Shown here: positions 35,924 through 49,700 of the stretch, piece by piece
How the letters are laid out: each line of letters begins with the position of its first letter
Numbering within the stretch: position 1 is the stretch's first letter
Position numbers and translations under genes: made by a program
Source of the DNA: Yuukianura sp. NJ FZ-2021
Taxonomy: Eukaryota
Reading direction: 5' to 3'
NCBI GenBank assembly: GCA_046563655.1
Contig: CM102289.1
Coordinates: 2,604,001 to 2,668,000 of the forward strand
DNA length: 64,000 nt
The notes under the pieces: generated by a model
The model's input: only the letters and a program-made list of their open reading frames with translations
Told to the model about the DNA's origin: nothing
Databases searched by the model: none

Positions 35924-37710
35924 ACGACCACAATATTTGGACATACAACGTAATAAAAAGTGAAACCTAAAACATAACCTAATAGATTGTGCTAAAAGTT
36001 AGACTAATTTGCTCACAAACTCATTTTTAAGTCAATACCAAAGTGAAATGATGCAATCATATTTCTAGATAAGCTGAAAAGTAGCTCCAACGCTTTCTCT
36101 AATTAAAATACTCAACAATACTCCAAAACTTCTCAGAAAAAAATTCAAAATTTAATAGCGTTGCAAAAAAAATTTATCATGTAACTGCGCAAAAAACACA
36201 ACCAAGTCGGGTTGTTTGAATTGTGCCAAGTATTAATTATACTGTGCTTAACTATTTACTCGTAGTCGACCAAAGTACTATTGAAATGTGAAAATAAAAC
36301 TTCCTGAAATTTCGAATTCACTAAAAAATATTATTTGTATTTTGATTCAAAGTCATAAAAGTTTTATTTCATGATGTTTTTGATACAGTGTTGAGCAGAT
36401 TGTCAAAATTTTGGACACTAAATAATAGTCGATTTCTTAAAACATTTTTTGAGTTGAAATTATACTCAACCTTATTTAGTTTTGATCTTAACTTAAATGC
36501 TCACACAATAACAGTAATAGTACAAATTATTAACAGTGTAGCAACCATGCAACAAATGTGTGTGTCTCCACATACAAGTTAACTTAAGTACCGGGCATTT
36601 CAAACTCAGGCGTCTTTTCCCACCATTTAATTCAAATTTGAAAATCCTTTTATTTTTCAGTTTTTGTTTGTGTCAGCTTAAAATTTGTTTGGAAATTCAA
36701 ATGAAATGGCGGGAAAATTCGACAACGTTTGCTACGCTCGGTAGAATCCTACAAGCTAAATTGATATCACACGTTAGTTTTGACGTTTAGTAATTCTTTG
36801 AACAATCTCTTTAGTAATACGCATGAGTCACTGAGGTACAAAACATACATCTGAGTGTATAACAGCACGTACATGCCTATGTACGCAACGTACCTTTAAC
36901 ATTACGTTCAACTATAGAGACAAAGATTCATGTCCCTTAGGATAAAAACCAACAAAACGGCGTGAAAAAAAATTTAAGTTTGAGTATTACAAATGAGAAG
37001 TCGTTTTTCAAAAATTTCAAAGTCTGTACATCTTCAAAAACTTTTTGGCACATTTCTCAACGAATGTTTTCATTCCCGCCAAATTTGAGCCTACTCAAAA
37101 TATTAGCTTTATGAGCCGAAACAAAACGTCAACTTATTCTTTAAACTAACTTTTTTGAAAATTCTAAACTCGAAATGGAAAAAGAGAACTACCCGCTGTT
37201 TGAGTACTTTTCTAAAAACTGACATCTACTTCCTGAGTCCATAACAAGTATTTTTACACTACTCTTTTGGCAAATCGTCATTCACATTCGCTCTTTCCAC
37301 GAAGTAGAAGTCCACTTGCCAAAAAAGATTTACATTGTGAGCAAAGAGTGGTATTTTCAGCTTTTCTGCCTTTTGGATAGTGTTTTGAGGGTACAGGAAA
37401 AACCTTTTGTGTTCGTAGCTTATTAACATTAACTTCAAAAGTTAGTTAAAGTTAACTCTATGGTACAAAAAGAGCACGAGGAAGCTGGAAGAATAGAGAG
37501 GCAGATTATGAAGCTCAAAATTAATGGGAGCTCAATAGAATGTCAAGCCTGTAGACCACACGATGAAGCCACGAATGCACAAAGTAGATTAAAGTTGCAA
37601 ACCAAGAGAAATTGGGCTAATTCCGTTGCTGCCTTGGACTCACAATGGAGTTCTAGAGGCGTGAGCTTACTTTTAATTAATTAGTGCCTAATTCTTAGGA
37701 AGTAGAGGTG

Positions 37711-40700
37711 CTATATATCCGTTTTAAACTGCTGCTTTGCAATGATGGATATGCCTTGATCAATGGCTTCTGAGTTGTCGTAGAGGGCAGGAGCTTCGAA
37801 CAGAATGGCAATTGTACCAAGAATGAAGGCAGTGTTGAAGAGCCAGAGGAAGATACGATCCAGAACCATCGCTACGAATCCCCAGTCTTTGTCCTCCTAC
37901 AAACAACATAATCCAAATCGGTTTTGACACTTACTTCTAATTACTTATATTAATTAACTATATATGTTATAAATTGACTCAAATAGTAATATAATGCTTT
38001 GTATTTGCCACCATGTTGAGGCACGTGCCTACGACTGCGCAGCTCTGTGACCAAGCGCAGCTTAACAGGATACGTGTCTCTTTTGACATATTACGTAACT
38101 CTACACAAGTTGCGAAACTCTACGCATCCAACTTTGTACAAAGATTTGTGTAATATTGCATAAAGTTAGCCGTTAATGTAGTCATTTTGTTTTTCATTTT
38201 TGCTTTCAAACGTCTAACATGAACTTGAAAATAGAGGGAAAAAGAAAGTTCCGAATTTCAAAATTTGACAAATTTCAAATTTGTCTTTTGCATCTTTCTT
38301 TTCGAATTTCGTTTCTAACAGAACTCTTTATTGGAAGTTGTTAACTTATTTGGTTTGTTTTAGTAAAAGTAATAGTTTTGTTTTAAAGTTTCAATGTTGA
38401 AATTCTTTCTGGTGAACTTTAGAAGACTTTTGAGATGAGTGGAACGAAACCTCAAGGTGAAAAGTCGTTCTCGTGACTGTTGCTGGAAAATGTGATCAAT
38501 CCTAATCACCTAGAGGCTTTTTAGCCTCCTTCGACATTTAATTTTGAAGTGTGCAAGTTTGATCAAGTGGATAGAGAAAGTGAAGAGTCGACTAAAGGTA
38601 TACATTAAGACACAGGAGGACTGCAGTATGCACTAAAACGTTAAGGAAGATGCTGAGAATCTTAAGTAAAATCTAGGCTGACGGACGGATGGTAATTGGT
38701 TGAGAATGATTTATTAGTTTGAAAATGGAACAAAATGGAGATTGACTGTCTTCGAACTGAAAAACCCCGTTTTTGGAATTTCGTAAAAGGCAGAGTGGGA
38801 AAAGCGTAGGGTTAGAATAAGTAAGAGGTGGAGCTCTTAAACACAGACATAAGGGCTGTGTCCCATCACATTTTCCACTTAAAATCTCATCAAAGAAAAA
38901 GAACAAGGGGAAAGGAACAGTCTGCACAGAAAAAGAGAAAGTTCTCAAGACGAAAGAAACTTCAAAGATGTCATTTGGAAATCTCCAACTTCCATCAACT
39001 CTCCATTTGGTTCCAAATGTTCCCAAAAACGAAATTCGAGTAGAGAGAAAGTGAAATCAGAGTGGAATTGAACCTTAAGGCGTCGTGGGACTTGGATAAT
39101 TGTGATTCTGAGTGATTTCCATCCATTCGTTCCTCGTTGTCTAATCATTTCATTTAAATCTGAGACAGGTTTTTTATTGACACAAAAAAGTTTCTTCAAA
39201 GTCCCAGTAGAAGAAAAAAAAAGCTCATTCAACTCAGAGAATTGAAAAAGACGAATCCACAAAAGTTTTTTTTAGAAAACCGAATTTAAAAGAAAACGAA
39301 AACCCGAGATAAATTTTAAATGAAATGAAATGTCACCAGTGAAAGTTTTCTGTAAACTAGAAGTTGACAGGAATTGCGTCTTCTCTGGTTTCTAACATAA
39401 ACTTTACAATTTGATTTTAAAGGCTTTTGCATTTCAAAACATTTTTTATAAAATCCGAATCAAAAATTCTATCTCGGAGCTCGTTTAGAAAAAAGCTGAT
39501 TCAAAAAACGCCGCTTCGAAAAAAGAGCAAGTGAAAGCGATATTTCCGGTCAAACGTAGTAAATCTACTTGGAAGTCATTTATTTTGACTTTTCGCGCCA
39601 AACGTCACCTCTTGCGCCATTCAGTGCGGAAAATAATTCCATTTCCTTTGAAATTGAAACCATGTTCACAGAAAATCCTAAATTGAACTTTCTTTCATTT
39701 TGAACTTCTTTTTTTTGAAATTTTAAGTACCTTACTAGGCCAGTTATTTAGTTTAGGTACTTACAGAGTCAAACTCGTCCTGGCGTTGCATATGGGTGGA
39801 TATAAATTGAACGTTGTGAATAGCCTTTTGGAGCTCAAAGGGATACTTTTTAGACTTGGGTGTGTCAGGTTCTGGACCTCCGAGGCCGTAGGACGTGGAC
39901 GAAGCTCCAGGATCAGCGAAGCCTTCAAGGGCCCCCTGCTCCAGAAATCCAGAGAAGCCTTGGAGACTGAGGCCACTGAGACGTGACACGCCTTGGAACC
40001 CATTACATCCATCTTCACGTGACCCCGTCGGACTCCGCCGTGCTAGGGAAACACAATTACAAAGTCGCATTCAACTTTACCATTTCTGTCCTTTCACCAC
40101 TTTCTCTTTTCTCGCACCGTGGATCGCAAATCTCCTGGGAAAATTAAGCCCCGATGTGCAAAAAACCAAAAGCCTTACGCGCTCAATTCAAACTGGTGAA
40201 ATCTTCCGCGCTTTTTCTCTTTCACTTGAAATGAAAGTGGTTTCGGTTTACTCTCTTTGATAGAAAAGTGGACGAAAACGATAATCATAAGTATAAACTA
40301 ACATGGCAGGGTATAAGAAAAAGCTTCAAGTTAGGTTATGTTCTGGAAGTTGTTTCTCATTGGTCGAATGTGTTTTACGAACTTTCCTTTCGTCATGCCA
40401 TTCACCCTGAGTGAATAGATGACCGTCCAAAGGACTTTCTCCAATTTAGTTTTCTCTCAGTTTTCTTTAGTCTGTAGGTTAGGTTAGAGTTAGGCTTAGC
40501 TTTACTTTTAGGTTATGGCTTGTACAAATGGCTGGAAAAAACAGAATTTGGTCAGAATTTTTTTTCGGTCGACCGTCGAGTTAGACGTTTCTTTAGGTTT
40601 TGGTCATTTCTAAAAAAACTTGTTTCTTCTACTGCTCAACTTGAATTTCCCGCGCTTTTTCTGTCTATTGAACGAGTAGCTTTAGCAATTCAGATGAAAA

Positions 40701-43700
40701 TGACACGAAGGCTTTGCTGTTGACCGTTGCATGTGACATGCAAGTCCATTTAACACAAACCGTCACTTTTTTCTTTCCTTACGTCCACAGTTATACAGTT
40801 TTAAAGCTAAAGGCAAAATCTTGACCTGCGGACATGACTTTCTCTTTGACTGAGAAATATGCTGACGGAAAAGAAAATTTTAACAACCGTCAGTCAAGTC
40901 AGCGCTTAAAGTGTCAACTTCAGCTTCTCAGTGAAATCTGGATGCTAGAAGGGGCAATGTGAGAAAAATAAGTTAAACTAGGTTAGGCTAAAAACACGCT
41001 TAACTTTTGACCTTAAATTTCATTCGCCACACAAAGAAGCACTGGAACAAGGTAGTACATTAATTAAATCCCACTTGAAATGGATTCTACTCAACCTCTT
41101 TTGTTGTTTGAGGGTGTAGATTTACACAATAGATCTGAAAAACCTACGCTAACTTTGAGAAAACCTAACCTCAATCTAAAGAATTTTGTTATTACAGCAT
41201 TCCCTACACTGTTCCTATCATCATCATGTTTCTTCTTCTTCTTTTTCTATCTTTCGGACGTTGTTCCTTTTGATCTTTTTTGGAGTGGAGATCAAGTGGT
41301 CTCATGTGTTCTAACACAAAGTACGTGATCAATAGATTTCATTTGAAATTTTAGCAGCGCTCGGCTCTAATCCCACTTCCTATATTTACTCTTAAAGCAG
41401 AAGACACAAGAAATCACTTAGGAGGTTCTTAGCAAAAGGCGCTTCTTCTGCTAGCCTGAGGGAGTCGCTACAAATTTCACCCCGGGAAACTTCTGCACAT
41501 GCGCACAATTGCTTGATTTTTATGCACTGCAGCAGTTCTCCAGAATGTTCATGTTCAGCATAAAGTTAAAGCAAACTAAACTGAATGGCGCGAAAATCAA
41601 GAGAAAGTCCAAATTAGGTTACATGTCGAAAAAAAATTGTTAAAAAAAGTCGAAACGTGACCGGCAACAGTCAAAATGGCGACGCAAATAAAACTACCTA
41701 ACTTCTGAGCATTTCGTCTATTTTGACGAGCCAGAAATTGTTTCATCGGCTTTTGCTAGACAAAAACTTACTCGGAGACTTAGACTGACAAAAAAAATTT
41801 GACCGTTTTGTGTAGCACAGTTCTGGTTATTTTAAGGCTAGTTTTGCGTTACTATGGTTACATACCTGCAGCTTCTGCTGCCGACGGACCAACGGCTGGA
41901 CAGTTGAAGACGTGTTCCGGAACGCGCATGAACAGGAACTTCGGTATGTGCTGGATGAAGAGGCGCCTGACCCATGGCGCCATCTTGTGAGTCGACGGTT
42001 TTCGGTAATGGACGTTCAGTACGATCGTGGTGACGAGTACAGAGAGACTCACGAGCGACATTGAGAACAGGAGGTACTTGCCCAGGAGCGGAACGGCCAA
42101 CGATGTAGACGGGATGTACTCCAGCACGAGCAGAAGGAACATTGTCTGCGACAAAATGATCGAAATGACAAGGACGATCTTCTCTCCAGAGTCTGCCGGT
42201 AGGTAGAAGACGAGAATCGTCAAGTAGGAAATTCCCACCGTTGGCACAATGAGGTTCACAGTGTAAAAGAGAGTCTTCCGACGTAAGGTGATGTTAAAAA
42301 ATATATCTGCAAATGTTACGGTAAAAGTTAGGTTTTTGTAAAACTTTTGTAAAAAGTTCAAAATCCAGGTTTCTTTAGTCCAAATCCGCTCTTTGTCCTA
42401 CTTTTTATTGTTCCCACTCCTGTTTTGAATTTTCCCGCTTTTTTTGAAACTTCGTTTCTTTGTAGCACTTTGTTTAATTTAAAAGGAATTAGAGTTAATA
42501 AAAATGGAATGGAGTGGAGCTCAATAAAAAGAAACTCGGCAGACGTAAAAAGTTGAATTTCATTTTGAAAAAGAAAGTTTTCCCTCTCCGCACGTCAAAC
42601 ACTTTTAATCAATTTCCTATTCATTCTCGACTCCTTTTATGTTCCTACCACTTTCTTTTCTGAACAACTTTTCAACAAAGTAAACTTTTTCAATGGTTTT
42701 GTTTACATATTTCATTCGACTTGGAGATGCTTAGGTACTTTCAAGTTTTCTTCCAGAGAAAGCACAAGGTAAAACTTTCAGTTTTAAACTTTTCATAACA
42801 TTGTTTTATAAATTCGCAAAACGAAGCAAAGTGGGTTATTGAAATAAAAAGTTAAAGTCTCCTGACATTTTCAATGTGGAAAAACAAAATGACTAAGTTT
42901 CAAATCTTTCCTGGACTTTCATGGACGGACAGATAGAATGGACGAACATGCTAAGCCGTCATGGACGATACTTCTGTTCACCGGACTTTTCTGGACGGAA
43001 TCTAACTTCCTAACTAAAAAAAATCGCTGAGTGAAACTCGCTGAAACTTTTCATCTGACATACTTATTTGCAAACTTGCCAAAAATATTTAGTTCCCATG
43101 CCTGTAATGTTAACGAAATCAATATTTTAAGGCGCTTTGTTGCTAAATATTTATTTACTAATTTCCAATGCTTTTAATGTTAAGTTGGTAAATATTTCAA
43201 CCATTTTCTGGATGTATTATATTTATTCAAACATTTCGCTGGTTTTGAGTAAATATTTTTGGCTGTCCTGCTTATTTGTTGCCACAAGCATACTCGTCTA
43301 TGTACCCGTCCATGGTTTTTTATCAAATCGTCCATCCGTCCATGACCGTCCAGTTTTAATTCAGTTATGTATACAGTGCTTACCAATATAAGGTTCCATA
43401 CAACAGGGATAATATTTTTCATGGCGTTCGGCCGGAACTGACAGAATGTCCCACTCTACCGACGGATAGTACTCTCTCAGATCAATTCCAATTTTGACCA
43501 TGTCGTCTCCAGCCTCTTGGTTGATGTGCTTGAGGTCAATCTAAAGTTAAAAAACAATTTTTTGTTGAAAACTTGAACATGACACGTCTGATTTTGAAAA
43601 TTTTTGCCTAAACTCATTTTTATATTTCTTAGATGAACTCAAAGCATCTCTAAAAAACTCGGGTTACAGCGATGGTGGGAAAAGGAGGTTGCCTAAATTT

Positions 43701-46700
43701 CGGATAACTCTGAAAATGAAGTGGTAGTGAATGTGCATGACGTGATGACAGCCAAAAGGAGTTCAACTTTCCCGAGTTTTTGAAGAAAGTTCGTACGATT
43801 TCTTGGAATTCCATATTTCCCTCGAGAGTCTTTTCCCTTCTAGTTCTAATTGGGCCAACGAAGCGTAAAACACTTTCTGGGTTCGTATAGAAAGGAATTA
43901 TTAATGAACAAAAACTTTAACAGGACATCACAACCTAACATAACAACAAAGAGAATTTAATATAGGTTAGGCTACTTTGGCACCCAAATGGGTACAAACC
44001 GGGGGAACAAACTCTACTTCAACCAGTCTTGTAAACAAAAGTGGAAATTTCCTGCACTAACGAAGATAAAGTAGTGAGTTTGCGCAGGAGTGGGAGTAAT
44101 TGCAAATCTGTAATTCAGGGGAATTACGACCTTTCTTTTGTGGAGTCAAGAGAAAGTTTTGTAAGGTTTATGGCTAAACTTATTAAGTTTACTATTAGGT
44201 TTAGAGGATGCTGGGGCTATCTTTAGCCTTAGAAGCTCTTAAGGCACAACCAAGGTTCTTGGACTGTTGGAGACACACTGTGGAGCCCTTAAGTGCATTA
44301 GGCTTGTTCTTTTTATGAAAATGGAGAAAGTGAGGTTGACAGGGAAGGAGACCATTTCCAGGCTATTAAGCCCTGAATTATTTCCTATCCATTTTCCCTC
44401 ATGTCCCACTATAATTTTTTTAACTTTCTCTTGGCAAGGACCAACAACGATTCAAAGTGGACTGTTACATTTGTGCTGGTAGGATTCAAAAAGACGGAAT
44501 TCAAAAAGTGGCGCTCCTGACAAAAACGCCCCTTGCCCACTTGGGCATACTTTATGACTGAGAGGGCTTAAGTCCATTTGACTTTTGATATGGCCCTATT
44601 AGAAGTTATACGCCAACTAAACCTAAAGTAAGCTTGACAGTTGAAATGGACTTTTGTAATTCAAGTGATATTCTGACCTGGAAGCCATCGTATGTCCAGG
44701 AACCGAACTTCATGAAACACGTTTGCATATCATAGGGAAAATAGCGGACGTCAATTTCACAGGAAGATTTGAAGATTGCTGGTGGATCCCATCGGACTTT
44801 GCCGTTACTATTTAGAACAGCCTTTGTCATTGTAGTCACCACGTACTCTCCATCAGCACTGAAAAAGATTAAATCTGTGATTAAAACGACAGATTTAAAT
44901 CAACTTTCACATTACGAGATTAGTTCAACTACATGAGAAATTTTGGAGTCCAAAAATCTGCATGCAGTGCACCACTTGCGTTGTGCCATTTTCGTTTTAC
45001 AATTTTTTTTTGTAGATGTGAATTAAATTTTTTGTTATGTTTTAGCCATTTCAGGACAAATTGAAAAGTTGGAATTTTTTCTTAAAATTTTGAGATTTTG
45101 TAAAATTGTGCTTACTTATTGTAAAGTACAATGTCGGGAAGCCATATATTTTCGGACGGTACATATAACTCAGTAACACCTCCATACTCATGCGGGTCCC
45201 ACCGGAACTTGTGATCTTCCCATTCCTAAAATTTTGAAAATAATTTTACACCTCAATCTTAATGCTTCACGCTAAAAGTATTTCAGTTTCAGCTTAGCCC
45301 TAAAATTTGAAAAAGGAAATTAATTTGAAATTTAGAAAAATGATGAACGTACATGCTCCAGCCAGACGTTGGTTGACAAGATTTGATCCTTCAAATTCTG
45401 TAACAAAGGAAGCAAAAATCACATTAGCCGAGGCGTAACGCTTTCTATAATTTTCATATTTCTTGTACATAAGAAGAGGATAAAGGAAAAGCATCTTCTG
45501 TGAAATTTCAAATCCACTTAACACTTTCTCCTAAGGATCCATAATCTTTTTTTACAACACGCCAAAGCCATACAGTCAATACTTCCCTTCCGTCAACACT
45601 TTTTAGGAGCTTTAGAATAGCATTTTAAAGCAGAATTATGAACCAAATAATCCTGTGTTAGGCTCACGAAAAATGGAAGGAGAGGAGCTTCAGTGTAGGT
45701 TATTAAAGTCAAATCAGAAATGGATTTGAGACACTGTGCAGAGTGATGAAAAGTGCGGGAATCCACACCCTAACGACAAAACTATCATATTCAGGTGACA
45801 CACGAACGCATTAAAACGACATCAGACAAGACATTTCCCCCCACATCGTGAACTCCACACTTCCAAAACTTCTAGCACCAAACTTTCTAAAAAGTTGCTA
45901 AAAAGTGAAAGTCTAAGCGACTTTGAGTTATGTTGGGGTGGCGTGGGAAGAAATAATTTTGGGGCATTGTGAGAATGTTGGTGGGTTAACTTGTTAGCTG
46001 AGCTTGTTAGGCTAAGTTAGGTTATGGTTAGGCTATTTTCAATAACCTAATAGGAACAACGCAACTTCCCTTTTGTGGTAGTTTGGTGCTAAATGAATTA
46101 ATATGAGAGATTTCCTGTGTGCTGGTCCATTTTGGGTAGTCGAGGCCTAACCTAATCCAGGAACGACGTGCTGACACATGGATTTATTTTATTGACACAC
46201 AACGCCCAGTTACTTTGAAATACGAAATGATTAATTGAATGGAGCATTGACTAAGCACTGAAGTAGAGAATGTCAAACCAACATGGACTCCGGAGGAAAC
46301 TCAAAGGCGGGAAAATTTGAAATGAGTAATGTACATAGCACTGAGCCTTTATTACGTTTGGCAGCACTGGCAGTCAGTCTCTTTTCAATTACTTTCTCTG
46401 TATGCTTGAAGTTACAGTCAATTTACAATCCCAAAAGCAGTTGTGCCATTTTCCTTTGATTTAATTAAACTTCTCCAAGTCAATTTACCAAAAAAAGTCG
46501 TTTTCCGTCTCTGACACTTTTGGTGTTAGCCATATGCTTCCGAGTGATTGATCGTGCGGGCAGGCGGGAAATTCAAAGTTCAAAATTTCAAACTCAAATT
46601 CAATGTGTTGCTCTAGTGTCACTCAATGTCAAAGGTCATACGCCAGGGCTATGCGGGAAAATGGAAAGAATGTTGCACCACTTTTACCAAGTTCATGAAA

Positions 46701-49700
46701 ATACAAATTTTTCAGCCCATTTCAGAACCAAATCAGTTTGTTTTCTTCTAGTTTTAACCTTAACATTTTAGATTCAACAAAACCTAATCTAGAGTTGGCA
46801 AGAAAACGGTCGTGCCTGCCTTAACATTCCATGGTTTCCCAAACCCAATTTGGGTTCGAATGATTTCAATTTCCGTTTCGAACGTTACTTTCTCTCTCAG
46901 TATCAACTTTCTCCTTTCCGTCGATCTGTTCTGTTCTGAGCAAAAACGGCGGGAAAAGGGGTGACCTCGTTTAAATTGGATTTTGAATGGAGTTTTACGT
47001 TTATCGCATTTCTCACAAGAAACACTCCCGCGAATTGTAATGGAAACGAACTGGGTAGCACACTGCGGATGGCTAGAAAATGGAAAGTGGTGGTGGCGAG
47101 AAGATCAAAGTGTGAAAAATCACACCTAACGTAGGCTAGACTATAACCTAACCTAAAAAAGTCAACGGAGTGCAGCAGCGGAAGGGAATTAAACAACGTT
47201 TGCTTTCTCCAGAGAAAGGAATGGAGAAAGTGTCGTCTTCTCTTCTTTTTTAGTAGTGGCGAGAACCAAAAAAGGCGCCAAAGCGATAAAAGATTCAAAT
47301 TTTGTCAGTAGCATAAAAATGGTGTGATTACGAGGAGGGAGAGCAGAGGTTCCAAGGACGATATAATTCTTTCAACACCTCCCCGTGTGCGACCATCACT
47401 TTCGTTTACGATTTCAAAAAAAAAAGTTTCCCGCTCGTGTCTAAACCCAAAGTCTCTTTCCTCTGCCACGTTTACTTTTAGTGTTACTGAACATGGCGCA
47501 GCATAACATTACGTCGTAAGGGCTCCTGCAGAGTTTCTGTCTAATATTTTCCCATTTTCAAACTCTGGAAAAGAGAAAAGAGAGAGAAAAACAAAGTGGA
47601 GAGATGCTTCAAGTGGCGCGTTCGGTTGTGTGTTTTTCTACTATTTTTGAATTTTGAACAGGAATTTCTGATTTTCCATTTCACTTTCTTTTTTGGAGAG
47701 CCCTGCCTGTCGCAATCAGAGGGCATTGTTGACAAGGAGCTCCACTTCAGAGGAAAACGGAAAAGGTGAAGAAGGGCATTGAAGTAGGGATTTACAAAGG
47801 GAAATCTACATTGAATCGATATTGTCAAATTCTAGTGTCAGCATCTTCACACCTAGACTTGGTTCCGTTTCCTATGGTAGTATAAAGTAACATTACAATG
47901 CAGGAGCCCTCATTGGATTCACAAATTGGGATTCTCCGAGGACTAGAGAAAAAGTTACCGTAAATCTTCAACTGACTTCAACTTTCACTATAATCTGTTT
48001 CCACAAATATATCTTCAAAGCTTCCCAAAATTGGTATCTTCTAGGAATAGAAAAATACCAAAAATGATAAAACCAAATCCGCGAAACCGTCCAATAACGA
48101 GAAACTTTACGGTATATTTTTTGGCACTTCGGATTTTAGTTTGTGCAAAATAGTTTATGAATTCCACACTAGTGCTGATCAAAAATAATCAAGACTCTTA
48201 CTAACGATATGTTGAAGAATCTGAAAAAAAAATTATATAAAAAAAGAGTGAAACTTCTGAAATTTATTTTCAATTTTGTATCTAAAAGTTAAAACAGAGA
48301 TTCTAAATTTATTTCTAAAGTCAAGGTACATATGTGAAGTACATTAGGTTCAAAAGATCGTCTATTAAAAGAAAAAATTTTCTGAAATCTGAAAACTATT
48401 TGTAAAAAATGAAAGTAATTTATACTCCAGTTTTGTTGAGACAAATTTTTAGGCTGGCTTTTTGTAAAAAAAAAAAAGAAAAAAAAAGCTAAAACGCTTT
48501 TCATAAAGCTTAATTTTTGATTAAGGTTTTCGCTATATTATTTCTATTCGCAGAGCCGAATTTACAACACCGCAACAAAATTTCAAACCAACCTTCTAGC
48601 AACGTCAGAACTCACTAAACGTCCCTCTGTGGCAAGCAATCTTGATTAAACCTCTGCCTCATATTAGACTTCTGCCCCAACCTCAACGCAACGTTATTCC
48701 TAACCTGACTTAAAATAAGAAGAGAAATGTAAGGTTAGGTTTTCATGTAAGCTGGGGAGAGATATTCGGAGTTTCCGGAGTTGAGAGTTTACTGTTTGAG
48801 TCAGAAATCTTCCATCCCGTTAATCATTCCTCCAGCCTCTTTCTAAATAGCTAGCAGCGACCTGGTCGTAATTTGGTCCTAATTTAAGCCAAGTCCTAAA
48901 AAGTTACTTCCGCCAAAATGTAAATCTACCAACAGTACACTTATCTTAGCTTATAAAGCCTAACCTAACCATTTCTCTTGACTTCCAGTAAGTCCCAGCG
49001 GATGAACTCATAACTTTGATGAGCGTCACTCTGTTTTGAAAACCGCAGGTTCCCATTGTTTCTCTCAACCACCAAGTCCTTTTATGCCTTTTGTCTGACC
49101 CACTCCCTGCTCTGAGTCGTTTTGTTTCTAGGCGAAAAACTTAGTCTCCCGGGATCTTTGTGGATGGGAATACTCTGATTTTAGAGTGCTCAACGTTAGC
49201 TATGTCAACGTTAGGTTCTTCTGGAAGGTAAGTTATCGCTGGTTAACTTAGTTTGTATTCATGCCCAGTGGCGTATTCCACAGATTCTCGAGTAATAATT
49301 CAGCATAATCCACCCTGGGATTGGTTTACCAACGTTTTCCACTGTCTCTCATACAATTTTGAACTGGAAACGTATAATTCATGGAAGGACGGAAGCTTAA
49401 CCAGCAACTTCATACAGAAGGAGATGTTTATGGAATAGGTTAAGGTAAAGCCTAACTTATAACTATGGTTTTAGCTTACTTTTAGAGTTAGGTTGTAGCG
49501 TAACATTCTCCCCCTCCAAAGTTAGCCACTTTCTCTTTCCTCTAAATTAAGCTTAACCGCTTCCAGAAGGCTTCAGCAGACAATCAGCGCATCCTAATCA
49601 GCCCCCTGTGCTTTCTCAAACACTTTCTAAAGGAAACTAACGTTGGTTAAATCCAACTCATGAATTGTAGCACTGATTCACAGCTTTTGAGAATTCTCGT

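Noticed and set aside
41200..41310. Minus-strand basic stretch [12 protein letters not shown]...RKRRRR as an alpha2 exon
   Set aside because: No phase-compatible donor before the in-frame stop; largely a low-complexity purine tract.
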